In this document: in pieces, positions 1-10,006 of the stretch | Layout of the letters: every line of letters begins with the position of its first letter | Numbering within the stretch: the first letter of the stretch is position 1 | Assembly (NCBI GenBank): GCA_026986575.1 | Contig: JALSOH010000004.1 | Location: 608,001-672,000 of the forward strand | From: Thermoproteota archaeon | Lineage (GTDB): Archaea > Korarchaeota > Korarchaeia > Korarchaeales > Korarchaeaceae | Direction: 5' to 3' | Length of the DNA: 64,000 bases | Translations under genes and position numbers: made by a program | Notes under the pieces: model-generated | Told to the model about the DNA's origin: nothing | The model's database searches: none | The model's input: only the letters and a program-made list of their open reading frames with translations

Positions 1-2
1 GC

Positions 3-1121
3 TCAGGCGGGGAGGTTGGGAGGGAGGCGGCTGAGAACTCCAAGGCGGCTCCAGAGGATCCAGATTTCAGAGGACTGCCCGATGCCAGAAAGGTGGACTA
101 CATCAGCGAACTCATGGATCCAAAGCTCAGGGACTTGGATTTGAACGACGCCGCTGACCTGTTCCTAGCGGCTGTGGAGTCTGCCCGTCTCTCGGACAAG
201 GTGATCTCAGTCTCCGGCAAGCTGGAGGTGTCCTACTCCAAGGTTGCAGTATTAAGCTCCAAAGGGGTCGATGTCGCCGAGGAGAGGACGTATCTGACCG
301 CTTACATCGAAGCGGCGAGCAAGGACGGTGATAGGAGGGGATCAGGCTTCGGTTTCGCCGATGGTAGGAGGTTGGATATGTTCGATCCCGAGAAGGTGGG
401 TAGAGAGGCTGGAGATCTGGCCATCAGGACCTTAGATGCCACCACCATAGGGGTGGAGGAGCTACCAGTGGTATTCCAGCCAAAGGCCCAGTTCACCCTG
501 ATCCCCTTCTTGGTGGGCCAGGCGGCCAACGCCGAGAACATGCAATACGGCAGGAGCTTCCTGACCAACAGGATAGGAGATCAGATAGCTAGGGAGGAGA
601 TAAGCATAGTCGACGACGGGCGCATTCCATGGCTCCCCGGCAGCTCAAGCTTCGACGCGGAGGGTATCCCCACCAGGAAGACTTACGTCATTGAAAATGG
701 TGTCTTCAAGTCACCGATACACAACTGGTACACAGCTATGAAGGAGGGCGTGGAGAGCACGGGCAACGCCTCCAGGGACCACACTAGGCCGCCGGCGATC
801 TCATCCCACACGGTCAGTATCGAGGCCCCGGCCCTGCAGATGAAGAAGGATGAGTTGCTCGACGTAAAGAGAGGGGTGCTGGTGGTCTATACAATGGACA
901 CTCCCAACCTGTCCACCGGGGAGTTCAGCGGGATGGCGGAGACGGCCTTCCTCATAGAGAACGGAGAGGTGACCAAGTCACTGAGGCAGACCAGCATGGG
1001 CTTCAGGGTCGAGGACTTCCTGAAGACCATGGATGCTGTCGGTGATGATGTGGAGACTTTGATGGGATTCAAGGGTGGCTCCGTCAGGGTGAGGATTAAG
1101 GTAGCGGGTCCGGGTGCCTGA
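3..1121 (+). CDS. TldD/PmbA family metalloprotease (PmbA-like), 5'-truncated by window edge
   Basis: Frame is open from base 3. Motifs SFDAEGIPT, STGNASR, NLSTGEFSG and FLIENGEV are typical of the TldD/PmbA C-terminal domain. Confidence 0.9.
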   Translation, partial: SGGEVGREAAENSKAAPEDPDFRGLPDARKVDYISELMDPKLRDLDLNDAADLFLAAVESARLSDKVISVSGKLEVSYSKVAVLSSKGVDVAEERTYLTAYIEAASKDGDRRGSGFGFADGRRLDMFDPEKVGREAGDLAIRTLDATTIGVEELPVVFQPKAQFTLIPFLVGQAANAENMQYGRSFLTNRIGDQIAREEISIVDDGRIPWLPGSSSFDAEGIPTRKTYVIENGVFKSPIHNWYTAMKEGVESTGNASRDHTRPPAISSHTVSIEAPALQMKKDELLDVKRGVLVVYTMDTPNLSTGEFSGMAETAFLIENGEVTKSLRQTSMGFRVEDFLKTMDAVGDDVETLMGFKGGSVRVRIKVAGPGA

Positions 1122-2638
1122 TGATTCTAGTGGTGAACTTCGGTGGGCAGTACGCCCACCTCATAACCCGTAGGATAAGGGACATAGGCGTCTACGCCGA
1201 GATAATTCCCTACACGGAGATCTCACCATCCACCATAGAGGAGAAGAAACCAAAAGCCCTCATTCTGTCGGGAGGTCCCAGCAGCGTTTACGAGCCTTCA
1301 GCTCCCAAGATAGGGAGCTGGATCTTGGAGATGGATATTCCGGTCTTAGGGATATGCTACGGGTTCCAGCTGATAGCCCACATGATGGGGGGCGAGGTGA
1401 GGCGCTCCAAGGGCGAGTACGGCCCCACCAAGGTGAAGGTGCTGGAAAGGGAGGGGCTGTTCGCTGGCTGGGGAGAGGAGGAGCTCGTCTGGATGAGCCA
1501 CTCCGATCACATTGCTAGGGTTCCTGAGGGATTCGTGGTGACCGCATTATCCGAAAATGGGTATGTGGCGGCCTTCAGGCACGAGGAAAAGCCCATATAC
1601 GGCGTCCAGTTTCATCCGGAGGTCAAACACACTCCCAAAGGTAAACTCCTCCTCGAGAACTTCGCGGCAATGTCGAGAGCCGAGAAGAACTGGAGCCCCG
1701 AGAGGATGGTCCAGCTGATAGATGAATACCTGAGGAGAGAACTAGCTGATTGTAAGAGCATTCTCTCCGCCGTGAGCGGTGGGGTCGACTCCACCGTGGC
1801 CACAGTACTCGTCAGTAGGATAGCTGGGGACCGTCTGACCTCGATATTCGTAAACCACGGGCTTTTACGTAAAGACGAGGAGAAGGAGGTCCTCAACCTA
1901 CTAAGGGGACTTGGAATAAATCCTATATACGTTAACGCCTCTGAAGAATTCCTCTTCGCCTTGAAGGGTGTCGAGGACTGCGAGACGAAGAGGAAGATAA
2001 TCGGGGAGAAGTTCGTGGAGGTCTTCTCTAGGGCGCTTGAGGGTAGGAGATTCGATTGCCTAGTGCAGGGAACCCTCTATCCCGATGTCATAGAGAGCGG
2101 TGGGGAGGTAGGAGCTGATAGGATAAAGAGCCATCACAACGTCGCAGCGCTACCTGAGTGGCTTGAAGCCAAGGTGGTGGAACCCCTGAGGTACCTCTAC
2201 AAGGACGAGGTTCGATCTCTCGCTAGGCACCTCGGATTACCTGATTGGGTTGCTGAAAGACATCCGTTCCCCGGACCGGGCTTGGGTGTACGAATAATCG
2301 GCGAGGTGACCGAGGACAAGTTGAGGATAGTTAGGGAGGCTTCAGCCATAGTGGAGGGTGTCTTGAGGGAGAGGGGGCTCTACTCAAAGGCATGGCAGGC
2401 GTTCGCTGTAGTAGGAGATGATAGGTGGGTTGGGGTGAAGGGAGACGCCAGGGTAGAGGGTTACATCGTCACAGTGAGAATTGTAGAGAGCGAGGACGCG
2501 ATGACCGCGGACTGGCTGAAGTTGCCTCCTGATGTTTTAAACGAGATAGCTAGGAGGATAACCTCGGAGATACCGGAAGTCACCATGGTGACTTACTCGA
2601 TCACTACCAAGCCCCCGAGCACTATAGAACCTTGTTGA
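1121..2638 (+). CDS. guaA: GMP synthase (glutamine-hydrolysing), fused GATase + ATP-PPase
   Basis: LGICYG nucleophile, QFHPEV, SGGVDST, IKSHHNV, HPFPGPGL, KPPSTIE. Confidence 0.97.
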   Translation: MILVVNFGGQYAHLITRRIRDIGVYAEIIPYTEISPSTIEEKKPKALILSGGPSSVYEPSAPKIGSWILEMDIPVLGICYGFQLIAHMMGGEVRRSKGEYGPTKVKVLEREGLFAGWGEEELVWMSHSDHIARVPEGFVVTALSENGYVAAFRHEEKPIYGVQFHPEVKHTPKGKLLLENFAAMSRAEKNWSPERMVQLIDEYLRRELADCKSILSAVSGGVDSTVATVLVSRIAGDRLTSIFVNHGLLRKDEEKEVLNLLRGLGINPIYVNASEEFLFALKGVEDCETKRKIIGEKFVEVFSRALEGRRFDCLVQGTLYPDVIESGGEVGADRIKSHHNVAALPEWLEAKVVEPLRYLYKDEVRSLARHLGLPDWVAERHPFPGPGLGVRIIGEVTEDKLRIVREASAIVEGVLRERGLYSKAWQAFAVVGDDRWVGVKGDARVEGYIVTVRIVESEDAMTADWLKLPPDVLNEIARRITSEIPEVTMVTYSITTKPPSTIEPC

Positions 2639-2681
2639 CCTCCTGAGAAATTTATCTATCTTTCCCACCTTGCTTGGTGGG

Positions 2682-2819
2682 ATGAAGGTGAAGGTAAGAG
2701 TGGATTCCAAGGGGAGGATCCTCCTCCCCAAGGAAGTCAGAGAGGAGCTGGGAGATGTCATTTTGATCGAGAAAACGGATGAAGGGTACATCCTCAAGAG
2801 GGTGAGGGATCCTTCTTAG
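2682..2819 (+). pseudogene. AbrB/MazE/SpoVT-type antitoxin (VapB), apparently frameshift-truncated
   Basis: My translation is MKVKVRVDSKGRILLPKEVREELGDVILIEKTDEGYILKRV, with the AbrB signature VDSKGRILLPKEVR. A plausible C-terminus continues in another frame to ~2908. Confidence 0.7.
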
Positions 2820-2908
2820 AAGGGTTCAAAGAGATAATCTCATCGGAGCCTTCACGCGAGGAAAAACCCAGAACTGGCCTCTCTCCAAGATTAAGGGTAT
2901 ATGGGTGA

Positions 2909-3345
2909 GTGATCGTTGGTCTTGATTCTAGCATCCTCTGCTATTCCCTAGATCCTGCATATCCCGAGTATAGGTTCGTTAAGGACCTGCTGCTGAACCT
3001 CTCTCCAGATAACCTAGTAGCTGTGAACACCCCACGGTGATTCACGAGGCGTACCATGCCTTGGTCTCTGGTCAGAATGGGTTCCAAGAGGGGCCTCTAG
3101 GAGGCTCGGACTACTACCAAAGCACCCATATGTGAAATTTCTGGATCAAGCAAAGGAAATTACATCAATAGGTTCGAGGATAGCTGTCGAGTACGGACTG
3201 GGGGGGAGGGACTCGCTCATTCTAGCCAATTTTATTTTCAATCCAATCATATACCTTCATTTTACACGCATGACTCAGAAATCCTCTCTCTGAGGAAGGT
3301 AAATTGGAAGGGATGGACGCTGACACCCTCGGATCCAGTAACACT
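2909..3345 (+). pseudogene. PIN-domain toxin (VapC), multiply frameshifted
   Basis: Fragments across frames: MIVGLDSSILCYSLDPAYPE...; PTVIHEAYHAL; IAVEYGLGGRDSLILANF. These match the PIN acidic-residue pattern (D, E, D). Directly follows the AbrB gene. End coordinate approximate. Confidence 0.75.
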
Positions 3346-3465
3346 CGGAGATCAGGCGTTGCAATAAACTGAATGAGCCGGATTGGCGATAGAGCGCTTC
3401 ACATCTCTGAAATATCTTTTTAAGTTCCATTAGAGGGAACCTCAAAATCTTCCAACGAATTCCTG

Positions 3466-5535
3466 ATGCTCAATGGAGGTGATCAAGTGGAGGTCGTAGA
3501 GCTCGTCCCCTCCATTATAGGCATAGTGGGGATGGTCTTCGTCGCTTTGATCTACTACCTAGTCACGAAAGAGGATCCAGGAACCCCTGAGATGGTCGCT
3601 ATAGCTTCCTACATACAGGAGGGCGCCAATGCATACCTGAAGAGGCAGTTCTACACGATAATAGTGTTCATCGTGATAATAGCGGCCATTCTGGGAATTT
3701 TGCAGGGAGCAATACCCGCGGCCTCGTTCATAGCTGGAGCGGTGCTCTCTCTTATAGCCGCTTACATCGGAATGAACGCCGCTGTTAGGGCTAACGTGAG
3801 GACCACGAATGCAGCAAGGACCTCTCCCAAGAAAGCGCTGAAGATAGCCTTCTGGGGCGGCTCAATCATGGGACTATCCGTGGTGAGCCTGAGCGTCCTT
3901 GGAATAGGTCTCCTCTACTTGGCGATAAGGGCCTTCTTTCCCACCGCAGCTCCCGAGCAGCTGGAGGCTGCCCTCCACACGATAGTCCCCTTCGGCATGG
4001 GAGCAAGCCTGGCCGCCCTGTTCGCGCAATTAGGGGGAGGTATCTACACCAAGGCCGCCGACATCGCAGCCGACTTGGTGGGCAAGGTAGAGGCCGGGAT
4101 TCCGGAGGACGATCCTAGGAACCCAGCCGTCATCGCTGACCAGGTAGGTGACAACGTGGGAGACTGCGCCGGCAGAGGCGCGGATCTCTTCGAGTCCTTC
4201 TCAGACAACATAATCGGCATGATGATTTTGGGCGTGGCCTTTTACGCCCTATACGGGTTCAAGGGGATAATGTTCCCCCTGCTGGCCGAATCCTTGGGGG
4301 TCATCTCCACCATAGTTGCCATATTCCTCATCAGAGAGAACGTGAAGAATCCGATAACGGCTATAAACTTCTCCCTACTCGTGGCCGGCGTGCTGAACTT
4401 CCTTTTCTTCTACGTACTGGCCGTGAACTATCTGGGCAGGATAGAGGTATTCTACGCGGCGGTACTAGGGCTGGTAGCTAGCTTGGTGGTGGGCGTACTG
4501 ATCCAGTACTACACGGGAACCGGATACAGGCCGGTCAAATACATAGCGGAGTCTGCCAAGTTCGGTCCGGCCTTGGACGTGATAGCAGGGCTCGCCGTCG
4601 GGCTGGAGAGCGCATTCCTACCCCTTATAGTGATAGGCGCCGTGGTGTCCTTGGCCTTCGTAATAGATGGGCTATACGGTATAGCAGCAGCCACTGCCGG
4701 CATACTCTCCACCACCGGGATAATAATGGCGGCTGACACCTTCGGGCCCATCTCTGATAACGCTGCGGGAATAGCCGAGATGTCGGGTCTAAGCAAGGAG
4801 GTGAGAGAGGGATTGGATCTGCTGGACGCCGTCGGTAACACGACCAAGGCCATAACCAAGGGATACGCGATGGCCTGTGCCCTCCTCTCCGCGTTCGTAC
4901 TATTTGCCGCCTATCTAACGGCTGCCGGACTCAAGACGTATCTCTTCCACGATAAGGTGATAAACGCAGCTCAGACCGGCGTAGAACTCGCGGATCCCCT
5001 TATACTGGTTGGCGTGATCCTTGGATCCACGCTGGCCTACCTCTTCTCTGCGCTTGCAATGCAGGCCGTCGGTAAGACTGCTAACAAGATGGTCGATGAG
5101 GTAAGGAGGCAGTTCAGGGAGATACCCGGCTTACTGGAGGGTAAGGCTAAACCAGATTACGCCAGGGCCGTGGACATATCCACCAAACACGCGTTGAAGG
5201 AGATGATCTTCCCGACGCTGATAACATTCCTAGCACCCATAGTAATAGGCCTCCTCTTCGGAAGGAAGCCGCTGGGTTCCTTCGTCGTTGGAGCGACGAT
5301 AGCAGGTGGGCTCCTAGCGATCTTCATGATAAACGCCGGAGGCGCCTTGGACAACGCTAAGAAGCTGATAGAATCCGGCTTATTCGGGGGAAAGGGATCT
5401 GACGCTCACAAAGCTGCTGTGGTCGGGGACACCGTGGGTGATCCGCTCAAGGATACCGCCGGACCATCCTTGCACATATTCGTCAAGTTGGTCACGATAG
5501 TCGCTCTGACGTTCGTGGCCTTCTTCCCACCATGA
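3466..5535 (+). CDS. hppA: Membrane-integral pyrophosphatase, K+-independent H+-pumping type
   Basis: GGGIYTKAADIAADLVGKVEAGIPEDDPRNP, DNVGDCAG and GDTVGDPLKD motifs. GNTTKA carries Lys at the K+-dependence determinant. Confidence 0.95.
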   Translation: MLNGGDQVEVVELVPSIIGIVGMVFVALIYYLVTKEDPGTPEMVAIASYIQEGANAYLKRQFYTIIVFIVIIAAILGILQGAIPAASFIAGAVLSLIAAYIGMNAAVRANVRTTNAARTSPKKALKIAFWGGSIMGLSVVSLSVLGIGLLYLAIRAFFPTAAPEQLEAALHTIVPFGMGASLAALFAQLGGGIYTKAADIAADLVGKVEAGIPEDDPRNPAVIADQVGDNVGDCAGRGADLFESFSDNIIGMMILGVAFYALYGFKGIMFPLLAESLGVISTIVAIFLIRENVKNPITAINFSLLVAGVLNFLFFYVLAVNYLGRIEVFYAAVLGLVASLVVGVLIQYYTGTGYRPVKYIAESAKFGPALDVIAGLAVGLESAFLPLIVIGAVVSLAFVIDGLYGIAAATAGILSTTGIIMAADTFGPISDNAAGIAEMSGLSKEVREGLDLLDAVGNTTKAITKGYAMACALLSAFVLFAAYLTAAGLKTYLFHDKVINAAQTGVELADPLILVGVILGSTLAYLFSALAMQAVGKTANKMVDEVRRQFREIPGLLEGKAKPDYARAVDISTKHALKEMIFPTLITFLAPIVIGLLFGRKPLGSFVVGATIAGGLLAIFMINAGGALDNAKKLIESGLFGGKGSDAHKAAVVGDTVGDPLKDTAGPSLHIFVKLVTIVALTFVAFFPP

Positions 5536-5610
5536 GCTTTTTCTACCTCCTTCTCATCTTTTCAGAATCTCCCGCCCTTTCCTAAGTGAACTAGTACTGA
5601 CTGGCTAGTG

Positions 5611-5669
5611 CAAAAATGAGGGAGCCCCTTGACTCCCCTTCGCATGGGATCGGTCGGAACGGGCCCTCA
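5611..5669 (-). terminator. Long GC-rich hairpin followed by T5, downstream of SUI1
   Basis: Minus strand reads TGAGGGCCC...TCCC-ATGCGAA-GGGGA...GGGCTCCCTCA-TTTTT, between convergent genes. Confidence 0.4.
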
Positions 5670-5990
5670 CTCTACCTCTATCTGTTCCTCCGGTATACCC
5701 CACTTCTCCTTCAGTAGCTTGGCCACCTTGTACCTATGGTCTCCCTGCAACAACACGTATCCATCCTTGTACGTGCCACCACACGCCAGTATACGCTTCA
5801 TTTCCTTCAAGAACGATTTCATGGTTTCCTTCGAGAACGGTAGGTTCTCGATTATGGTGACATCCCTTCCTCTCCTTCTCTCGGTTCTTATCCTCACGGG
5901 TCTGAGTTCCTTCTCGACTTCCTCCCAAGAGAAAAGCTCGATCGGGAGGCCAGTTACCGGATCCCTCAATCTCTCGTCGAACGCAACCAT
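5667..5990 (-). CDS. sui1: Translation initiation factor aIF1/SUI1
   Basis: ERRRGRDVTIIE, MKRILACGGTYKDG, LLQGDHR. Confidence 0.93.
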   Translation of the reverse strand: MVAFDERLRDPVTGLPIELFSWEEVEKELRPVRIRTERRRGRDVTIIENLPFSKETMKSFLKEMKRILACGGTYKDGYVLLQGDHRYKVAKLLKEKWGIPEEQIEVE

Positions 5991-6072
5991 TCCAAGCTAT
6001 TCCGTCGCTGGGTGATATATAAAAACATATGGTCGGGATGAGAAGGTCCCCTCTGATCCGAGAATGGTCGAA

Positions 6073-6498
6073 TCAGAAGAGACCAACTATGTTGCTGGCG
6101 GAATCCATCCACCACTTGTTATACTCATCCCTCTTCTTCTCTAACTCCTCATCCGAGTAGAAGGCGAACCTCACATCGTCAGGTGACCTGAAGATCTCTA
6201 GGGTCTTGAGTACCTCTACATCCCAGACCAGCCCGATGACTTGGGTCTTGAGCCAGTCGAGGGGGTTCTCCCCTTGGGGGGCGAGCTTGGAGGGCCAGTC
6301 CACCCTCCCCTTGAACTTGAGGTGGTATCTCCCATTCTCAATCTTCAGCCCCTCAACCTTGAATCCGTCTAAATCCAATCTTCCCTCCTTTACTTCCTCT
6401 ATAGATGCACCTAGTCTCCCCAGAAAGGACCTCAGCTGATCTTCGTCCTTGAATACGAGTTCCCCTTCCACTTCAACTTCAGAACTCATGCTGATCAC
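6073..6498 (-). CDS. Hypothetical protein
   Basis: 141-aa ORF with typical codon usage and an upstream TATA-like element. No motif recognised. Confidence 0.65.
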   Translation of the reverse strand: MISMSSEVEVEGELVFKDEDQLRSFLGRLGASIEEVKEGRLDLDGFKVEGLKIENGRYHLKFKGRVDWPSKLAPQGENPLDWLKTQVIGLVWDVEVLKTLEIFRSPDDVRFAFYSDEELEKKRDEYNKWWMDSASNIVGLF

Positions 6499-6539
6499 AG
6501 CCTAATAGAGGAATAAAAGGTTTGATGATCCCCTAGAAC

Positions 6540-7451
6540 TCATAAGAGGATCCTGAGCAAGCCATCCACGGCGATACCGAGGAAAGCCATACCTTCCACA
6601 GGGCTGGCTGTCTTGTACATTCTCTTAGCTCCCTCTATCGTCGGGTTCTTGGCATATAAGAGGGACCTGTACAGGAGCAGCAAGGTGGAGGGCAGGGAAA
6701 TGATCAGGAAGACTGGACCGAACGGTCCAACTATGGAGAGAGCCAGTTCGCTGGCCATCATGATGACTACGGAGACCACGATGATCTTGGCGGTCCTCTC
6801 CACTCCTACTACTACCGGGAGCATTGGGACCCCAGCTGCCCGGTAATCCTCCACGTGATAGATGGCTATATACCATATGTGCGCTGGGATCCAAGTTATG
6901 GTGATCAGGGCTATGAGTAAAGCTGGAATCTCCAGCACTCCCCTAGCTGCGGCCCAACCAGCAAGTGAAGGGGCGGCACCGGCTACTCCACCGAATACTA
7001 TGGATAGGGGCGTCCTCCTCTTGGTCCAGAGCGTGTACACGATGAGATCGAATACGACTCCCAAGGAGGTGGAGAAGGCCGTCCATGGGTTGATCAGGTA
7101 TGCAACGGCTACTCCAAGTAAGAATAAGAGTATGCCGAAGGACAAAGCTTCGCTCCTGCTGACCCTACCCGCTGGGATTGGTCGCTGCTTGGTCCTCCCC
7201 ATTATGGAGTCTATGTCCGCATCCAAGGCCATGTTCACTGCCGTTGTCCCCGAGATCGATAGGACCATGGCGGCCGTGAGAAGCGTGAGTATATCTAGTC
7301 TGTAGCCCCCAGCACCTATGTAAGTGAATACGGAAGTTAGCAGTAAGAGAAATGTCTGTTTGGGCTTGGTCAGGCATACATAGTCTGAGATCCTGCTGGA
7401 TAGCTTGGATACAGTCCTCGCTTCCATACCGGAGGGTTGAGAAATGCCCAC
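6540..7451 (-). CDS. cyoE: Protoheme IX farnesyltransferase (heme O synthase)
   Basis: LTKPK, NMALDADIDSIMGRTKQRPIPAG, YTLWTKRRT, WIPAHIW, EDYRAAGVPMLPVV. Confidence 0.95.
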   Translation of the reverse strand: MGISQPSGMEARTVSKLSSRISDYVCLTKPKQTFLLLLTSVFTYIGAGGYRLDILTLLTAAMVLSISGTTAVNMALDADIDSIMGRTKQRPIPAGRVSRSEALSFGILLFLLGVAVAYLINPWTAFSTSLGVVFDLIVYTLWTKRRTPLSIVFGGVAGAAPSLAGWAAARGVLEIPALLIALITITWIPAHIWYIAIYHVEDYRAAGVPMLPVVVGVERTAKIIVVSVVIMMASELALSIVGPFGPVFLIISLPSTLLLLYRSLLYAKNPTIEGAKRMYKTASPVEGMAFLGIAVDGLLRILL

Positions 7452-7547
7452 CTAATAACTTTGTGAATCAGGTCGCATATCGTCCGGTCCAGTCAAGGGA
7501 CCGTGAGGCGGACACAGACAAGAAGAAGTAAAAATTAGGGATAGGGG

Positions 7548-8642
7548 TCAAGGCCTGAAGGCGTAGAGTTTCTCCACCTCTCTGGTTACAGGCTCTCCCT
7601 CAACTATCTCGTTATCCACACTCACTACCATCCCACCGAACGGTATAACCGGATTCACATACTCCACAGTAAACCCAGACACGGCCATTTTCCAGTCTGG
7701 ATACTTCAACGCGTACTTCATTACTAGGGTGCCCTTCACATATCTCTTCCCCACAGGATGAACGATAGATCGGGGAATGTCTTTACCTCCGATCCTCCAA
7801 GTGGTCCTGTTGTCCACAGACTCCATCTTGAATGCGATGAATACTAGAGGCTCCTTAGGATTGGCCTTCCCTGGCTCAGGACATTTCTCGATACTTGCAT
7901 TAACTTTGTCGTCTATGAGCTGAACGGTTCTGCAGAAATGAGGCCTTCCTAGGTGATCGAGCAGGTTAACCTCCACGGTGGTGTAGTTGACGCCTAAGTA
8001 AATGTAGGTTCTCGTCCTAGTTACATTATAGAGGATCGCCTCGTTCTCCTCGACCTCGCCTAGGACCCTCCATTCATCCGTCCCCCAAGGTATGGGCTGA
8101 TATATCTTCTTCTCCTTGTCGTAGTTATACCTCTCGACGTAGTATATAGCGAAAGAGCTATTGCTTAGAGCGATCTCGTAGCCAGCCCTCATCCACAAGC
8201 GAGTTATCCCCAAAAGGGTCCAGTCCTTGAAGAAGAAGGCAGAGGCCTCAAGGGTCTCCTTCCTAGTGTGGCCGGCTAGAACGACTATATCCCTCCCACC
8301 TTTGAAGATGGACACCAAAAACGTCCTAGGTTCCCGTATGAGGGTGGTCGAGTTCTGCGGGGGTATATAGTTGGAGGAGATGTTTCCAACCCCATCGTAA
8401 GCCTCAGGACCGCCGAGGATCAGGATTACCTCGTAGTTCTTGAGTGCTTCTTTGAAGTCACTAGGCCCCATTATCTTATACTCCACGCTCGAATTGGTGA
8501 GTATCTCCCCTATGAACTGGGCGGTGGGCATATCAGCATCGTTGCTGATTATGGCCACCTTAGGGGCCTTCTCACCGACCGCTTGGTTGAAGGCCACTGG
8601 GAGCACAAGCAGAGCGATTAGAATGGCGACTGCGTATCTCAT
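7548..8642 (-). CDS. Secreted protein with N-terminal S-layer/CWB2-like module
   Basis: Signal peptide. ILILGGPEA...VVLAGHTRKET module aligns by eye with ORF 26947-27450. Confidence 0.75.
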   Translation of the reverse strand: MRYAVAILIALLVLPVAFNQAVGEKAPKVAIISNDADMPTAQFIGEILTNSSVEYKIMGPSDFKEALKNYEVILILGGPEAYDGVGNISSNYIPPQNSTTLIREPRTFLVSIFKGGRDIVVLAGHTRKETLEASAFFFKDWTLLGITRLWMRAGYEIALSNSSFAIYYVERYNYDKEKKIYQPIPWGTDEWRVLGEVEENEAILYNVTRTRTYIYLGVNYTTVEVNLLDHLGRPHFCRTVQLIDDKVNASIEKCPEPGKANPKEPLVFIAFKMESVDNRTTWRIGGKDIPRSIVHPVGKRYVKGTLVMKYALKYPDWKMAVSGFTVEYVNPVIPFGGMVVSVDNEIVEGEPVTREVEKLYAFRP

Positions 8643-8689
8643 CTCGCAACCTCTCCACCTCGACTTAAAGAGCTTTACGCGTCGCTCGG

Positions 8690-10006
8690 CTACATCCCCT
8701 TTATACTCAGCTCGATGAGCTTCTTTATCTCGTTGGCGTATTCGAACGGTATGTCCCTCACCACGGGTTCGAAGAATCCGAGCACTATCATAGTGATGGC
8801 CTCCTCCTCACTGAGCCCCCTGCTCATCAGATAGAAGAGCTTGTCCTCAGCGACCTTCCCCACGTAGGCCTCATGGCCAAGTTCGGAGTCTATCTCATCG
8901 CTCCTCAACGCAGGTATCGTCTCGCTCGAAGCCTCTGGTGACAGGAGCAGAGAGTCACATTGAACGAATCCACTGGAGCCTTTGGCGCCCTGAACGATCT
9001 CCACCTTCCCGTAGAAGTTGGTGGAGCCCCTATCTTTGGCTACGCTTTTACTAATCACTTGACTCTTCGTGTTTGGAGCTAGATGCCTTATCACCACGCC
9101 AGCATCGTGCCTCTCCTCACCCTTCACGAAGGAGAGACCAACGTTTCTAGCCGAGGACCCCTCACCTCTCAGGTGGATGACTGGCCTCACGGCAGTGTGC
9201 TTGCTCCCCATCAGGGATTCTACCCACTCTATCTTCGCACGGCTCATGGCGACGCCCCTCTTGGTGGGGAGGTTGATCACATGGTTCGCCCAGTTCTGCA
9301 TGGTCGTTATCCTCACCTCTGCTCCGGGATAGGCCCAGACCTCAGTGACGCCGTAGTGCAGAGCTTCCCTTATGTAGGAAGGGGCGGAGCACCCTTCGAT
9401 GTAGTGAACCTTAGCTCCCTCCTCAGCCACTACTATGGTGTGATCGGCCTGAGCGATGGGGAGGGACCTCATCACGAATAGGGCGCTTATGGGGAACGGA
9501 ACCTCAACCCCCTCGGGCACGTATATGAAGGTGCCACCCGCCCAGAGGGCGTAGTGTAGGGCCAGGATCTTGTTCTCCTCAGGGCCGGCGAGTCTGGCGA
9601 AGTAACTCCTCACCAGATCCTCGTGCTCCCTTATGGCCCTGTCTATGGGCATAGCTATAACTCCGAGGGACCTGAGCTGATCGGAGAACGTCTGGTACAC
9701 GATGGAGGAGTCCACTTGGACCTGCATCCCCGCTAACATCTCCATTTCCTCCTCTGGTATGCCTAGGGCCTCCAGAGTCTCCCTGATCTCCTGCGGCAGT
9801 TCCTCAAGCTTCTCCGCCTTCTCCGCCGGGGAAAAATATTCCAAGGACTCGAAGTCCACCTTCACGTGTCGGGCATGTTCGGGCATGTCTAGCTTGAAGA
9901 AGAGTCTCGCCGACCTCTCCCTCACCTCCCTCAACCAGTCAGGCTCCCCCAGCTCCTTGGATATCTGTCTGGCCTTACTTACTAGGAACTCCTCCGTCAG
10001 GCTCAC
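8690..10006 (-). CDS. sufB: Fe-S cluster assembly protein SufB
   Basis: HYIEGCSAP, FVQCDSLL, HEAYVGKVAEDKLFYLMSRGL. Confidence 0.93.
   Translation of the reverse strand: MSLTEEFLVSKARQISKELGEPDWLREVRERSARLFFKLDMPEHARHVKVDFESLEYFSPAEKAEKLEELPQEIRETLEALGIPEEEMEMLAGMQVQVDSSIVYQTFSDQLRSLGVIAMPIDRAIREHEDLVRSYFARLAGPEENKILALHYALWAGGTFIYVPEGVEVPFPISALFVMRSLPIAQADHTIVVAEEGAKVHYIEGCSAPSYIREALHYGVTEVWAYPGAEVRITTMQNWANHVINLPTKRGVAMSRAKIEWVESLMGSKHTAVRPVIHLRGEGSSARNVGLSFVKGEERHDAGVVIRHLAPNTKSQVISKSVAKDRGSTNFYGKVEIVQGAKGSSGFVQCDSLLLSPEASSETIPALRSDEIDSELGHEAYVGKVAEDKLFYLMSRGLSEEEAITMIVLGFFEPVVRDIPFEYANEIKKLIELSIKGM

Noticed and set aside
5611-5669. Possible SECIS element 3' of SUI1
   Set aside because: No in-frame TGA in nearby genes. 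A terminator explanation suffices.
6033-6061. GGGATGA-11 nt-CTGA mini K-turn-like hairpin
   Set aside because: Too short for a double-guide sRNA, and no target was recognised.
7480-7520. Hairpin followed by ACA, resembling H/ACA RNA
   Set aside because: No K-turn/K-loop or bipartite pseudouridylation pocket.
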